Positions 51,410 to 64,000 of a stretch of 64,000 nt of DNA are shown here, one piece after another. How positions within the stretch are numbered: position 1 is the first letter of the stretch; every line of letters starts with the position of its first letter. The translations under genes were made by a program, and so were the position numbers. Below the pieces are notes generated by a model. That model did no database searches and had not been told where the DNA came from. It saw only the letters and a list, made by a program, of their open reading frames with translations. The DNA is from Felis catus. Taxonomy: Eukaryota. Where the stretch lies: contig NC_058383.1 in the NCBI RefSeq assembly GCF_018350175.1, forward strand, positions 10,852,001 to 10,916,000, given 5' to 3'.

Positions 51410-53028
51410 TGGGAGCCTGGGTGGCTCAGTCGGAAAAGTGTGGCACTCTTGATCTTGGGGGCGTTGAGTTCAAGCCCCATGATGGGTGAAGAGATTACTT
51501 AAATGAAACTAAAAAAAAAAAAAAAAAAAAGAGGGGCGCCTGGGTGGCTCAGTCAGTTAAGCATCCAACTTAGGTTCAGCTCATGATCTCACAGTTCGTG
51601 AGTTTGAGCCCTGCATCCAGGCTCTGTGCTGACAGCTCAGAGCCTGGAGCCTGCTTGGGAATTCTGTGTCTCCCTCTCTCTTTGCCCCTCCTCCACTTGC
51701 ACTCTGTCTCTCTCTCTCAAAAATAAATAATAGGGGTGCCTGGGTGGCGCAGTTGGTTAAGCGTCCGACTTCAGCCAGGTCACGATCTCGCGGTCTGTGA
51801 GTTTGAGCCCCACGTCAGGCTCTGGGCTGATGGCTCAGAGCCTGGAGCCTGTTTCCGATTCTGTGTCTCCCTCTCTCTCTGCCCCTCCCCCGTTCATGCT
51901 CTGTCTCTCTCTGTCCCAAAAATAAATAAACGTTGAAAAAAAAAATTTAAAAAAATAAATAAATAATAAAAAAAATAAATAATAAAACATAAAAAAAAGA
52001 GTATATATGCATCATGATTCCGTTTACATAAACTTCAGAAAGAGGTGGGGAGCCTGGCTGGCTCAGTCAGTGGAGCGTGTGACTCAATCTCGGGGGTGTG
52101 AGTTCAAGTCCCAGGCTGGGTGTAGAGATTACTTAAAAATAAAATCTTTTTTTTTTTTTAAATGTTTATTTTTGACAGAGAGAGAGAGACAGAGCATGAG
52201 TGGGGGAGAGGCAGAGAGAGGGAGACACAGAATCCGAAACAGGCTCCAGGCTCCAAGCGGTCAGCACAGAGCCCGACGCAGGGCTTGAACTCACAAACTG
52301 CGAGATCATGACCTGAGCCGAAGTCAGACGCTCGACCGACTGAGCCACCCAGGCGCCCCCTACTATTATTAGTTTCAATGTTTATTCATTTTGAGAGAGA
52401 GTTTGTGCGTGTGTGCATGAGCAGGGGAGGGGCAGAGAGAGAGAGAGGGAGAGAGAGAGAATCCCAAGCAGGCACCACACACACTCTGCACAGAGCCCGA
52501 CGTGGGGCTCGATCTCATGAACTGTGAGCTCGTGATCTGAGCCGAAATCAAGAGTCAGACGCTTAACCGCATAACTCACCGAGCCACCCAGGCGCCCGTT
52601 TTTTTAAACTGCAGTGTGTGACATTAGTTTCAGGTGCACCACGCAGTGATTGCACAAGTCTACGCCCTATGCTGTGCTCACAAGCATAGCTACTGTCTGT
52701 CAGGTACGGCTACAACACCACTGACTACATTCCCTGTGCTGTGCCCCTTCATCCCTGTGACTGACTCATTCCCTAACCGGAAGCCTGGACCTCACGCCCC
52801 TTCCTCCCTTTTGCCTATCCCCCTGCCGCCCTCTGTCAACCACCGGTTTCTTCTCTGTATTTATGGGTCTGTGTCTGCTTTGATTGTTTGTCCATTTTTT
52901 TGTTTTTCAGATTCCACATAGAAGTGAAATCATACGGTATTTGTCTTTCTCTGTCTGCCTTATTTCACTTAGCATAATACCCTCTGGGTTCATCCATGTT
53001 GTCACAAATGGCAAGACCTTTTCTTTTC

Positions 53029-53059
<31 letters not shown>

Positions 53060-54000
53060 CTTTTCTTTTCTTTTCTTTTCTTTTCTTTTCTTTTCTTTTC
53101 TTTTCTTTTCTTTTCTCTTTTCTTCTCTTCTTTCCTTCCTTCCTTCCTTCCTTCCTTCCTTCCTTCCTTCCTTCCTTCCTTCCTTCCTTCCTTCCTTTCT
53201 TTAGCTTATTTATTTTGGGGGCGCCTGGGTGGCTCAGTTGGTTAAGTGACTGACTTCAGCTCAGGTCATGATCTCGTGGTTCGTGAGTTCAAGTCCCACA
53301 TCAGGCTCTGTGCTGTCAGTGCAGAGCCTGCTCAGGATTCTTGCTCTCTCCTCTCTTTCTGCCCCTCCCCAGCTCGTGCTTTCTTGCTCTCAAAATAAAT
53401 AAACTTAAAAAAAAAAAAAGTTGTCTAAATAAATAAATAAATACATACATAAATAAAGTTTATTTATTTTTGAGAGAGGGCAGAGAGACAGAGGAAGAGA
53501 GAGAATCTCCTTACCATCAGCTTAGAGCCCGATGTGGGGCTCAAACCCATGAACTGTGAGATCACGACCTGAGCCAAAACCAAGAGTCGGACACTTAACT
53601 GACTGAGCCACCCTGGTGCCCCAAGATCTCATTCTTTCTTAGGGCTGAGTAATATTACCTGTATCTATTTTAATTGATTGATTTCTTAGGATTTTGCCCC
53701 ATGTGATTGTCTCAATTTGTTCTTACAAATTTGTTTAATAAACAAATACCTTTTAAAACTGAACAACTACCTACCTAATACATGGAAACAAAATTTTCCC
53801 AGAGTTTAATTCCAAGTTAGCACCTTCTGGTTTCTTGTTTTGTTTGCTTAGTAAACAATGTTCAGGTGTTAAATGTGACTAGGGTAAATGAGATCCAGGG
53901 TCATTTTCAGGTTCCAGACAACCCAAACCAGCCAATTCTGCAAACTAAAGAGCTATTACACTATTCCTTTTTTTTTTTAATGTTTATTGATTTTTTGAGT

Positions 54001-54041
<41 letters not shown>

Positions 54042-54265
54042 TGGGGGAGGGGCAGAGGGCGAGGAAGACAGAATCTGAAGCAGGCTCCAGGATCTGAGCT
54101 GTCAGCACAGAGCCCAGTGAGGGGCCCAAACCCACTGAGAGAGCATAACCTGAGCTGAAGTTGGACGCTTAACCCACTGAGCCACCCAGGTGCCCCATCC
54201 TTTTTTTTATTTTATTTTTTAACCATAAGAGACTCTTTACTTTTTTAATTAATTTATTTATTTTG

Positions 54266-54296
<31 letters not shown>

Positions 54297-54440
54297 GAGA
54301 AAAGGAGAGAATCTCAAGCAGGCTCCCTACTGGCAGCGCAGAGCCCAATGTGGGGCTTGAATTCACAACCCTGAGATCATGACCTGAGCCAAAACCGAGT
54401 TGGATGCTTAACCGACTGGGCCCCCCAGGCGCCCCAAGAA
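51410..54440. mobile_element. Dense SINE pile-up with an antisense carnivore L1 3' fragment (~52610-53010)
   Basis: Many adjacent or nested SINEC copies. cagattccacatagaagtgaaatcatacggtatttgtctttctctgtctg is antisense L1 3' UTR. Confidence 0.85.
53018..53202 (+). repeat. Compound (TTTTC)n(TTCC)n polypyrimidine repeat
   Basis: Read directly; an uninterrupted pyrimidine tract of about 180 nt. Confidence 0.97.
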
Positions 54441-55609
54441 CTAGCGCTATTCCAATATCCGTAATGCTCACTTGTAAACTCCTTCCTCTCATATTTTTTT
54501 TTTAACTTTGTACTGTGAATATTTTATGATTAAAAATCAGGAGAGTTCTACCAATATCCAAATTTCCAGCTTCTCTGAATCAGAAAATCTGGTGACAATG
54601 GAACTATGTTCCTGACTGGGAACAAATGGCTTACTCATATTTATTTTATCAGGCATCTGTCATGTGACAGGCACTTGCCCTGTGCCAGGATCAAACATCA
54701 AGAAATGAATGAGATGGAAAAAGAAAAAAAAAAAAGAAATGGATGAGATGAGATCTCTGTTCTCAAGAAGTTAGAAACAAATAAATGAGAAGTACACAGA
54801 TATCTATAATACAAGATAGAATGTGATAGGCAACCTACCAGATTTACACAGAGCTATAAAATAACAGAGAAGGAAGACATAACATCTCAATGGAGAGCCT
54901 CCCAATTATAAAATAAAATATTCTCATCATAGAAAAGTCAGACGATTAAAACATATAAAAGACTATTGGAAAACATTCAATCATAATACCTCCACACACC
55001 TTGGTATTTCTTTCTTTCTTATTTATTTTTTTTAAGTAGGCTTCATGCCCAGTGTGGAGCCCAACACGGGGCTTGAACTCATAACCCTGAGGTCTAGACC
55101 TGAGCTGAGATCAAGAGGTGGATGCCTAACCGACTGAGCCACCTATGCGTCCCTTTGGTATTTCTTCCAACCTTATTTCTATGTGTACTCTTTTTTTTTT
55201 TTTTTTTCAAGTAAGCTCTATGCCCAATGTGGGGTTTGAACTCAATGACCCTGAGATCAAGCACTGTATGCTCTACTGACTGAGCCAGCCAGATGCCCCT
55301 CTATTTATATCTTAATTAAAGTGACATACCATATTATAGCCTGCTTTTGGTTGCCCAAGATACGGTGTGAGCATTTTCTACACCATTGTTGCTTCAGAAT
55401 CCCGATTTTTTGCATTTTATCACATAATATAGATGCAACATTATGGTATCTATTGCCCTATTGTTGAGCATTGAGACTGTAGTTACTTTTCTGCCATTAT
55501 GAGTATGCTAAGTTAAATCTAACTTATTCACAAGTATTTTCTTCCCAGCTACAGAAAATTTCTTGAAGAAAGTGCCATTTGGAGCCTGCAAAAGTTGGTA
55601 GAAAGTGTG

Positions 55610-55860
55610 CAATATCATATTTATATATTTTATACTTACAGACACTTATATTTTATGAAATTAAATAGTTTAAATATTTATATATTTTATATATTTGCAT
55701 ACTTTATATTTACATTTTATATTTATATGTATTCCTAGCATGTATATATATAAATAAAACATTATTTTATATATAAAATGAAGACATAATTATAATTTTT
55801 ATAATATGTTATAACTTATAATACTTATGATATAAATTTTTACGTACATTTACATATAAA
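55610..55860. repeat. AT-rich low-complexity region
   Basis: Read directly from the sequence. Confidence 0.85.
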
Positions 55861-56059
55861 GGAGTTTCAGGTGTAACTGGGTGGCTCAGTTGGTTAAGCA
55901 TCCACCTCTTGATCTCATCTCAGGTTTTGATCTCAGGGTCGTGAGTTCAAGCCCCTCATCGGGATCCACACCCAGCATGGAGCCTACTTAAAAAAAAAAA
56001 TTTCTTTTTAATTTAAGCACACTTATATATTTAACAAGGAAACTTAATAGAACTACTTC

Positions 56060-57568
56060 AAATGGAAAAAAAAATCAGTATAGACATACAGATCATTGGA
56101 ACAGAACAGAGTCCAGAAATACACCACCTATATATGACCAATTGATTTTTATTTTATTCTTATTTCTTTTTTATTTTTTTTAAGTAGGCTCCACGCCCAA
56201 TGCAGGGCTTGAACTCATGACCCTGAGCTCAATACCTGAGATCAAGAGTCAGATGCTCCACTGACTGAGCCATCCAGGTGCCCCACAAATAATTGATTTT
56301 TTTTTAAATAATTGATGTTTGATAAAGACACGAAGGTAATCCAGTGGGGAAAGGTAGAATGTAAAATGAAGCACCCACTTTGGAAAAACAGTTTGTCGGT
56401 TTCTTATAAAATTTCTTACCATCAAGACCTAGCAATTGCACTTCTAGGTATTTACCCAAGAAAAATGAAAATGTTTGTACAAAAACAGTCATAGCAGCTT
56501 TTTTAAAATTTATTTATTTTGAGACAGGCTGAGAGTGCAAGCAGCGGTGGGGCAAAGAGAAAACTGAGAGAGAGAATCCCAAGCAGGCTCTATGCTGTCA
56601 GCCTGACTCGGGGCTCAATCTCACAAACCATGAGATCATAACCTGAGCTGAAACCAAGAGTCAGACGCTTAACTGACCGAGCCACCCAGGCGCCCCATCA
56701 TAGCAGCTTTATATTCCCAAAGTGGAAACAATCCAAATGTTAATTGATGAGTCAAGGGATGAGCAAATCGTGGTGTACCTATTCAGTAAAATACTCAGCA
56801 AAAAATACAACAGAACAAAACACCAAAACCCGCTAATATGGACAATAATATAGATGAATGTCAAAAACTGCTGAGTGAAAGAAAACAGACACGGAAAACT
56901 ACGTGTTATGAGACTCCATTTAAATAAAATTGTCAAGATTGACCGTTTAAAATTTTTTAATTGTTAGTTTTTTGAGAAAGAGTACAAGTGGGGGAGGGGC
57001 AGAGAGAGAGAGGGACAGAGTACCTGAAGCATGCTCTGTGCTGACAGCAGAGAGCCCGATGTGGGGCTCAGACTCACGAACTGTGGGATCCACAGTTGAC
57101 CTGAGCCCAAGTTGGACACTTAACCGACTGAGCCACCCAGGTGCCCCAAGACTGACAATTTTAATCTACGGTGATGGAAAGGATTCGTGAGCTGGGAGTA
57201 AGGGGTGAGGATTGGATGGGAAGGAGCGTAAGGGAGACTGCGGGTGCTACAAATGGGCTCTATTTTTATGACAACGGTTGTCATGTATTCATAAAAACTC
57301 AAAGAACTGAGAACTATACTCCTAAAATGGGTGTATTTAAGTTAATAAAAAAAAGATCTATTTTGGGGGCAGGGGAGCGGCTCAGTTGGTTGAGTATCCG
57401 ACACCTGATTTTGGCTCAGGTCATGATCCCAGGGTTGTAGGATTGAGCCTCAGGCTGAGATCTGCCAAGCGTGGATTCTGCTTGGGATTCTCTGTCGTTC
57501 TCTTTCTCTACCTCTCTCTCTCTTAAAAAAAAAAAAAAAAAAGTCCATTTTGTTCTCATCGCGCATGT

Positions 57569-57602
<34 letters not shown>

Positions 57603-59558
57603 TAACTATGTGAGGTGATGGATGTGTTAACTAACCTTATTATAACTGTTTCACTATATACATAAAATCATCAGGTTGTGTACCTTAAGCATACACAGTG
57701 TTATGTCAGTTATATCTCAATAAAGCTGGCAGAAAACATAAAAAAATAAATACCTATGACCAAAAAAAAAAAAAAAATCCATTCCAGGGCCACACAAAAA
57801 GGTTACATAGGAAGCCCTAGTGGTTGGTCCCTCCTCCAACTGAAGCAAATGTTGAGCTGAAAGGAATGGCTGTAATCAACTATTTCAGAACTCTGGAGCC
57901 TGATCAAACCCTTGTAACAACCAGAAGAGTGCTTGATGAGGGAGAGACTGCTGTTTCGTAACCAGGGTGCACAAAGCAGCTACTATTGCCCATTCCTCAG
58001 CCCCCGCCATGAAGGTGGGGACAGCAGCCTATGTTCCTGGACTGGCTGGACAGGTGCCAGGGAGGGCAGTGGGGATCTTGTCCTTCACTAATTTGGGATC
58101 ATACACTTTGGTTAATCCGGTGGTTACCGGAGGGACTAGTGTAGACACTTAGCTTAGTTTTGGGCACCCCCCCCCCACCTGCCCTTAGGCTACAGCAGCT
58201 TCCCTGGCAGTTATCTATTGAAAGATTTAAGGGAACAGCCTTTTGCGGGAGTGGGGGGAGGGAGGGGGAGGAGGAGGTGGACATCTTCCCAGGTTACTGG
58301 CTGACCGCAGAGACAATGGAAAAGAAATTTCAGTGACCACATGCAATAAGGAATATACACCTTATAAGAAGTCTGGAAGGGGCTCCTGGGTAGCTCAGTC
58401 AGTTGAGAGACTGACACTTGATTTTGACTCAGGTCATGATCTCACTGCTCGTGAGTTTGAGCCCCACATTGGGCTCTGTTGCTGACAGCTCAGAGCCTGG
58501 AGCCTGCTTCAAATTCTGTGTCTCCCTCTCTCTCTCTGTCCCTCCCCCACTTGTGCTCTCTCTCAAAAATAATTAGACATTAAAAATAAGTAAATAAACA
58601 TTAAAAAAAATTAAAAACAAACAAAAGGAAAAAAGAGAGCACGAGAGAGGCACATCAAGACACGGACTTTTAACTACAGAGAACTGATGGTTACCAGAGG
58701 GGAGTGGGGGGGTGGTGAAATCGGGGATGGGGATCAAAATGTGCACTTGTCATGGTGAGCACTAGGTGTTGGGTTGGAAGTATTGAATCGCTATATTGTA
58801 CACCTGACACTAATCTAACACTACATAACTATACTGGAATTTAAATAAAAACTTTAAAAAAATTGGGCCAAGGACCTGATTTCTCCAAAGATATACTCAT
58901 GGTCACAGCTTCATTAGTCATGAGGGAAATGCAAACGCAAACTACCCCCAATGGGATACCGCTTCACACCCGGGAGGATGGCTATCATCAGACACGGGAG
59001 TGCGCGCACGCGCTCGCAGAATGGAAAATAACAAGTGTCAGCGAGGATGGGGAGAAACTGTAACAACAGTACCCTGCAGATGGGAATGTAAAATGGTGCC
59101 GCCCCCCGGGGGAAAAGTTTGGTGCTGCCTCAGAACGTTCGACATGAAATTACCATAGGACCCAGCAATTCCTCTTGGAGGACTATATCCAAAAGAACTG
59201 AAAACAGAAACTCAAACAGATACTTGGGCATGAATGCTCACAGCAGCACTATTCACAATAGCCTAAAAGGTGGAAATAACAGCTGTGTGGATCGGCAAAA
59301 TATGGTATATACATACAGTGAAGTATTAGCCATAAAAAGGAATTTTCTGTTGCGTGCTATACAACACTGAAAACTCGCCAGATGAAATCAGCCAATCACA
59401 AAAGAACAAACATCGTAGGAGTCTCTTTTTAGGAGATATCTAGAATAGGCAGAAAGTAGAACAGAAGTTACCAGGCACTGAAGGGAGAAGCAAATGGGGT
59501 ATTAGGGCTGAATGGTAGCCCTAATTCCTCTCTTTTTTTTTAAGTTTTATTTGTTTAT

Positions 59559-59602
<44 letters not shown>

Positions 59603-59890
59603 ACGGGAGAGGACCAGGGTGAGAGGAAGAGAGAGGGAACCCCAAGCAGGCTCTGAACTGACAGCACGGAGCCCGATGTGGAGCTTGAACTCACGAATCT
59701 GAGCTGAAAGCAAGAGTCGGATGCTTAACCAACTGAGCCACCCAGGCGCCCCAATGGTAGAGTTTTTTGGATGATGACAAAGTTCTGGAAACAGATCATC
59801 CTGAAGGTACTGAATCCTGCTGAACCACAAACTTACAAATGGTTCAAACGGAACATTTTATGTTATATATATTTCATTTACCGCAACGAA
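56060..59890 (+). mobile_element. Mosaic of L1 fragments (old L1M and a carnivore L1 3' end at ~58640-58862) with SINEs
   Basis: L1 phrases such as gacatacagatcattggaacagaacagagtccagaaata, gggaaatgcaaacgcaaactac and ctatattgtacacctgacactaat. Confidence 0.8.
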
Positions 59891-61923
59891 AACCAAACCC
59901 CTCTCAACTATTTGGGCCAATGATGCTGTCTGGCAAACAGGATTAGGATGAGGACTGGGCAGGCTAAGTCATACTAAGCAAGCTCAGGCCGGCTGAGCTA
60001 TAAAACCAGAATACTGTTCACCTGGGCACCATTTCCAAAGACGGACAGACACGACAGACGGAGCGGACGGGGCTTTTGTTTCAAGCTGTTCAGGTCCTGT
60101 CCACAAACGCGCAGGCATGGAATCCCTACCTGCACTGGGACGTCTGCGCTTGCTGGCAGCTGCCCCAGAGATTGCACCAGCTTTCAGGAGTATCCTCCCC
60201 CCTGTCTCCCACCTCCTCACCCCTGCCAGTGCCCTGCCAACACTCCTGCGGCCATGCCCAGAACCGGAGAGCTCCCTGCCTCTGGTGAGGCCTGATCCGA
60301 GGGCGGTGGGAGCCTGCAGGAAGGGCAGAGCGCCCCCACCTGGAAAACCATGGCCCTGGGCTGCAGGGGAAACAAGACAGCGCGGGGTCCTGCCGCCAGC
60401 CTGGCTGGACAGAGACCAGGACCCGACCCGGATGGAAAGCCTTAAAGGCATCCTGAAATAGAAAGCCCACACGGCTCAAGCAAACAAGTGAGATGTACAG
60501 AGATGGAAATGCAGAAATCTTGCTTGGACAGAACGTGTATGTATGTGTGCCTATATACATACATGCCTATATCGGCAGATCTATGTCTCTGTATCTATGT
60601 CTGTATAGATCTTGGTGTGGGGGAGGCTTTTCTCACTAGGGATTTTTAAAAAATGTTTTTAAAAATGTTTTCATTTATTGGGGGGGCAGAGAGAGAAGGG
60701 GACAGAGAATCCAAAGTAGGCTCTGTACTGACAGCAGAGAGCCCAATGTGGGGATTGGACTCATGAACTGCAAGATGATGACCTGAGCTGAAGTCAGCTG
60801 CTTAACCGAATGACTGAGTCACCCAGGCGCCCTCACCAGGGATTTTTAACACTGAGCATGTGAAGGGAAGAAAATGGATACATTCGACGAGGTCAACAAT
60901 GAAACTTGAGTATAACAACACAAAAAAAGTCATGGTCAAAAGACAAACCAGGCAAATATTTGTAACACACCTAAGGACAGAAATGCAAATTTCTTTCATT
61001 TTATAAAGCACTCACACAAAAGAACATGGGGGAGAAAAGGATCTAACTGAGCAAATGCAAACATGAATATTGTTTGCAGAAACATAAATGCAAATGGCAA
61101 ATACAAGTATGAAAAGACAACTCTACTCGGTTCATAATCAATGTGCACAGAAGAGCTGTGGAAAAAAATGCTACTTTCCACTGGAACTGGGCGGGTGTGG
61201 AGGAAATTGACATGTTCACACCCTGTAAGTACAGTGGTGCAGTTTTTCTGAAGGGCAAGTTGGCAACGTGTGTCAATATGTTAGATGTTGTGATCGTTTT
61301 GCTTTTGAGATACAGAAGGCTAAGAGAGTCCTCTGAACGTCTGCTTTTTTTTTTTTAAACCATATTCATGTTATTCTGTTTTTAAAAATCGATCCATCCA
61401 GGGGCACCTGGGTGGCTCAGTCGGTTAAGCATCTGACTTTGGCTTGGGTCATGATCTCACAGTTCGTGGGTTCAAGCTTCACATCAGTCTCTGTGCTGAC
61501 AGCTCAGAGCCTGGAGCCTGGAGGCTGCTTTGGATTCTGTGTCTCCCTTTCTGTCTGCCTCTCCTCCACTTGTGCTTGCTCTCTGTCTCTCTCTCTCTCC
61601 CCCCAAAATAAAAGAAACATTAAAAAAAAAAAAGTCCATCCATCCATTCACTGCAAATGCAACCTCCTCCATGAAAAATGTCTTGCTTTACCTCCAACCT
61701 TCTGGTACCATCTCATGGCATGAACCTGAGTATATCTTGTATTTGATTCACTTATCATACCTAGCTGGATGAGATGGCTGTAGCCTACCAATAGTACTAG
61801 TTAAGAATTCGGGCTTGGATACAGGCCGATTTAGAGTCTAGATTTGGCCATCTATGTATTCTTGGCTAAGTACTTCAAGCTTTCTGAGCAAAGGGGGAGG
61901 TTCTGAGCACTCAGCACAGGGAT

Positions 61924-61954
<31 letters not shown>

Positions 61955-64000
61955 GTGGGGGGGGGGGGAGCGGTCAGCATGCAATGCAATAATTAAGCAC
62001 AGTATGTGGCACTGAAGAAAAGGAATGGTCTTATCTGGACAACTGAGACAGTCTCACAAGATTTCCAGAATGGAATAGATACTCGGATTCTTTCCAGTTG
62101 CTTATGTGTCCCTTACCTTCCCCAATGATCTCAGGGCCAATCTGAGTTCATTTGGGATGGAACTGCACACTTTGCTGTAATAAATGAAGTGTGTCAAAGA
62201 GCCCAGGTACAACCCAGAGCCGACCAGCCTGCTCCCCAGGTGCAGGGGAAGGAGAGGGTGATTTAACACCTTCCCACTGTTCGGAAGACCACTGGAAGTA
62301 CTTGACACAGCCATGGTGGCTAATTTCACACTTGAACAGCTTCATTGTCCCTGGTTTCCTTTTTCCTCTCTAATCCGTTGTTCAAAAATTCCCTTTATTC
62401 TTAGCTGAAAACTTCCTCAAGCGCATGTACCTTAATTATTATAACAAACACAAGGTCTTGAAAGGGGGCTAAAAAGGTGGTTATGGGGGCACCTGGGTGG
62501 CTCAGTCGGTTAAATGTCTGACTCTTGATTTTGGCTTAGCTTATGGTCTCATGGTTTGTGAGTTCAAGCCCAGAGTCAGGCTCTGTGCAGCACAAAGCCT
62601 GCTTGGATTCTCTCTTCCTCTTTCTCTGCCCCTCCCCTGCTATCTCTCTCTCTTTCTCAAAATAAATGAACATTTAAAAAATAAAATAAAATATGCTTTA
62701 AAAAAAAAAAAGCATTTTTCACCAGAGAAAGAGGAAAGGCTTGTAAAATGCAAAGATAAAGACCCAAGAATTTGGACAAAGAGAAGAAGGAAGGAATGGG
62801 GACATTTGTTTTCAGTATGTAAACGAGATTCCTTTTCTTGGTGTTATCAGAGCAAGGCTATAGGTTATGCATTTGCTTTGGAAATAACTTCCCTGACACA
62901 ACTTTACCCTGAGGTTTCTGAGTCTTCTACAATAGTTTTGACAGATATATATTCTGAAAGGGTGTGCTGCTTGCATTACTAGTTATTTCATGAGTTATAT
63001 CATCTCATCAGTCAGATATGATAACAGGTCCACCTTAATTCAATGATAAGAGTCAGCCTCAGTAAATGTATTTTCTCAAATATTAGCCTATAAGGTATTT
63101 TTACAATGAGCAATATATTTCTTCGGTCAGAAAAGAAACATGGACGTGTTGTTCACATTTAAAAATAATGTTTGGAATGCTAAATTATACCATGTAATAT
63201 TTATAGAACACTCAACTTAGAGTTTCTAATGTATTTTCGTTTACATATCATCTGAGCCCCACAAATCCCTGAGGAAGGCAGAGAAAATATTACAGAGCTT
63301 TTACATTTTAAAAATTAAGTTACATGGGGCGCCTGGGTGGCTCAGTCGGTTAAGCGTCCGACTCTTGATTTTGGCCCTAGGTCATGATCTCCCGGTTAGT
63401 GAGTTCGAGCCCTGCATCCGGCTCTCTCTCTTCATCTCTCTCTGCCCCTCCCCTGCTTGTGCACGCAAGCTCTATCAAAATAAATAAAGTTTAAAAAAGT
63501 AAAAAATTGTTACACGACTACAGCAATGTGAACATAATATTAAATAGAAAACCATATTCATCTAAATCCTGTAAACCCCCCCCCCCATATCTTTATTTCA
63601 ACAAGTTTTACACAGATAGTAGGTTTATTGCATAGGGCAGGTGCTTGCACAAAAGACACAGCAAGAGCTGGAAGGTCGGTTTAGATCACATCTACATTAT
63701 TAATTGTTATGAATAAATTATAGCTCGGATCTAGTTTTTGTTTTTGTTTTCCACTTTTGAAAGAGTTCTGATAAAAGGTCATTTATCTAGCATTCTAAAT
63801 ATTCAAATTATCCAAACAGAAAACTGTCCAAAAACAGTGGTTTAGAATCAGTTAAAAAAGTATCTTTGTAGGGCGCCTGGGTGGCTCAGTTGGTTAAGCA
63901 CCTGACTTTGGCTCAGGTTGTGATCTAGTGGTTCATGGGTTCAAGCCCCACATCAGGCTCTGAGCTGACAATCTACTTGGAACTCTCTCTTTCTCTCTCT

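Noticed and set aside
62000..64000. GTF2I promoter or first exon
   Set aside because: No CpG island or GTF2I coding sequence is visible before the window ends.

Overview
Mammalian genomic DNA, almost certainly a felid: it is saturated with tRNA-derived carnivore SINEs of the feline SINEC_Fc type. The only protein-coding gene I can support is the 3' end of GTF2IRD1 (TFII-I family, Williams-Beuren region) on the + strand. Five GT-AG exons (12295-12372, 13995-14187, 16550-16587, 18688-18824, 20090-20158) splice in frame and encode the last I-repeat, the KRKRKR NLS, the poly-Ser tract and the C-terminus ...QLPGPLNY*. Bases 1-12294 are intron. Beyond about 20.3 kb the window is intergenic, presumably toward GTF2I by synteny (GTF2I itself is not seen). 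That part holds an orphan CpG island, a few unique non-repeat blocks and dense SINE/L1/LTR/DNA-transposon debris. Nearly all listed ORFs are spurious. Best leads: (1) an in-frame read-through C-terminus into the last GTF2IRD1 intron that resembles the alternative mouse tail as I recall it; (2) a CCAAT/TATA/Kozak-framed 114-aa orphan ORF at about 60.1 kb; (3) a perfect CACGTG-N5-CACGTG ChoRE-type element in the intron; (4) the CpG island with downstream canonical poly(A) signals. I found no convincing novel multi-gene system. Repeat family names and ortholog comparisons come from memory of consensus sequences, not from searches, and repeat boundaries are approximate.
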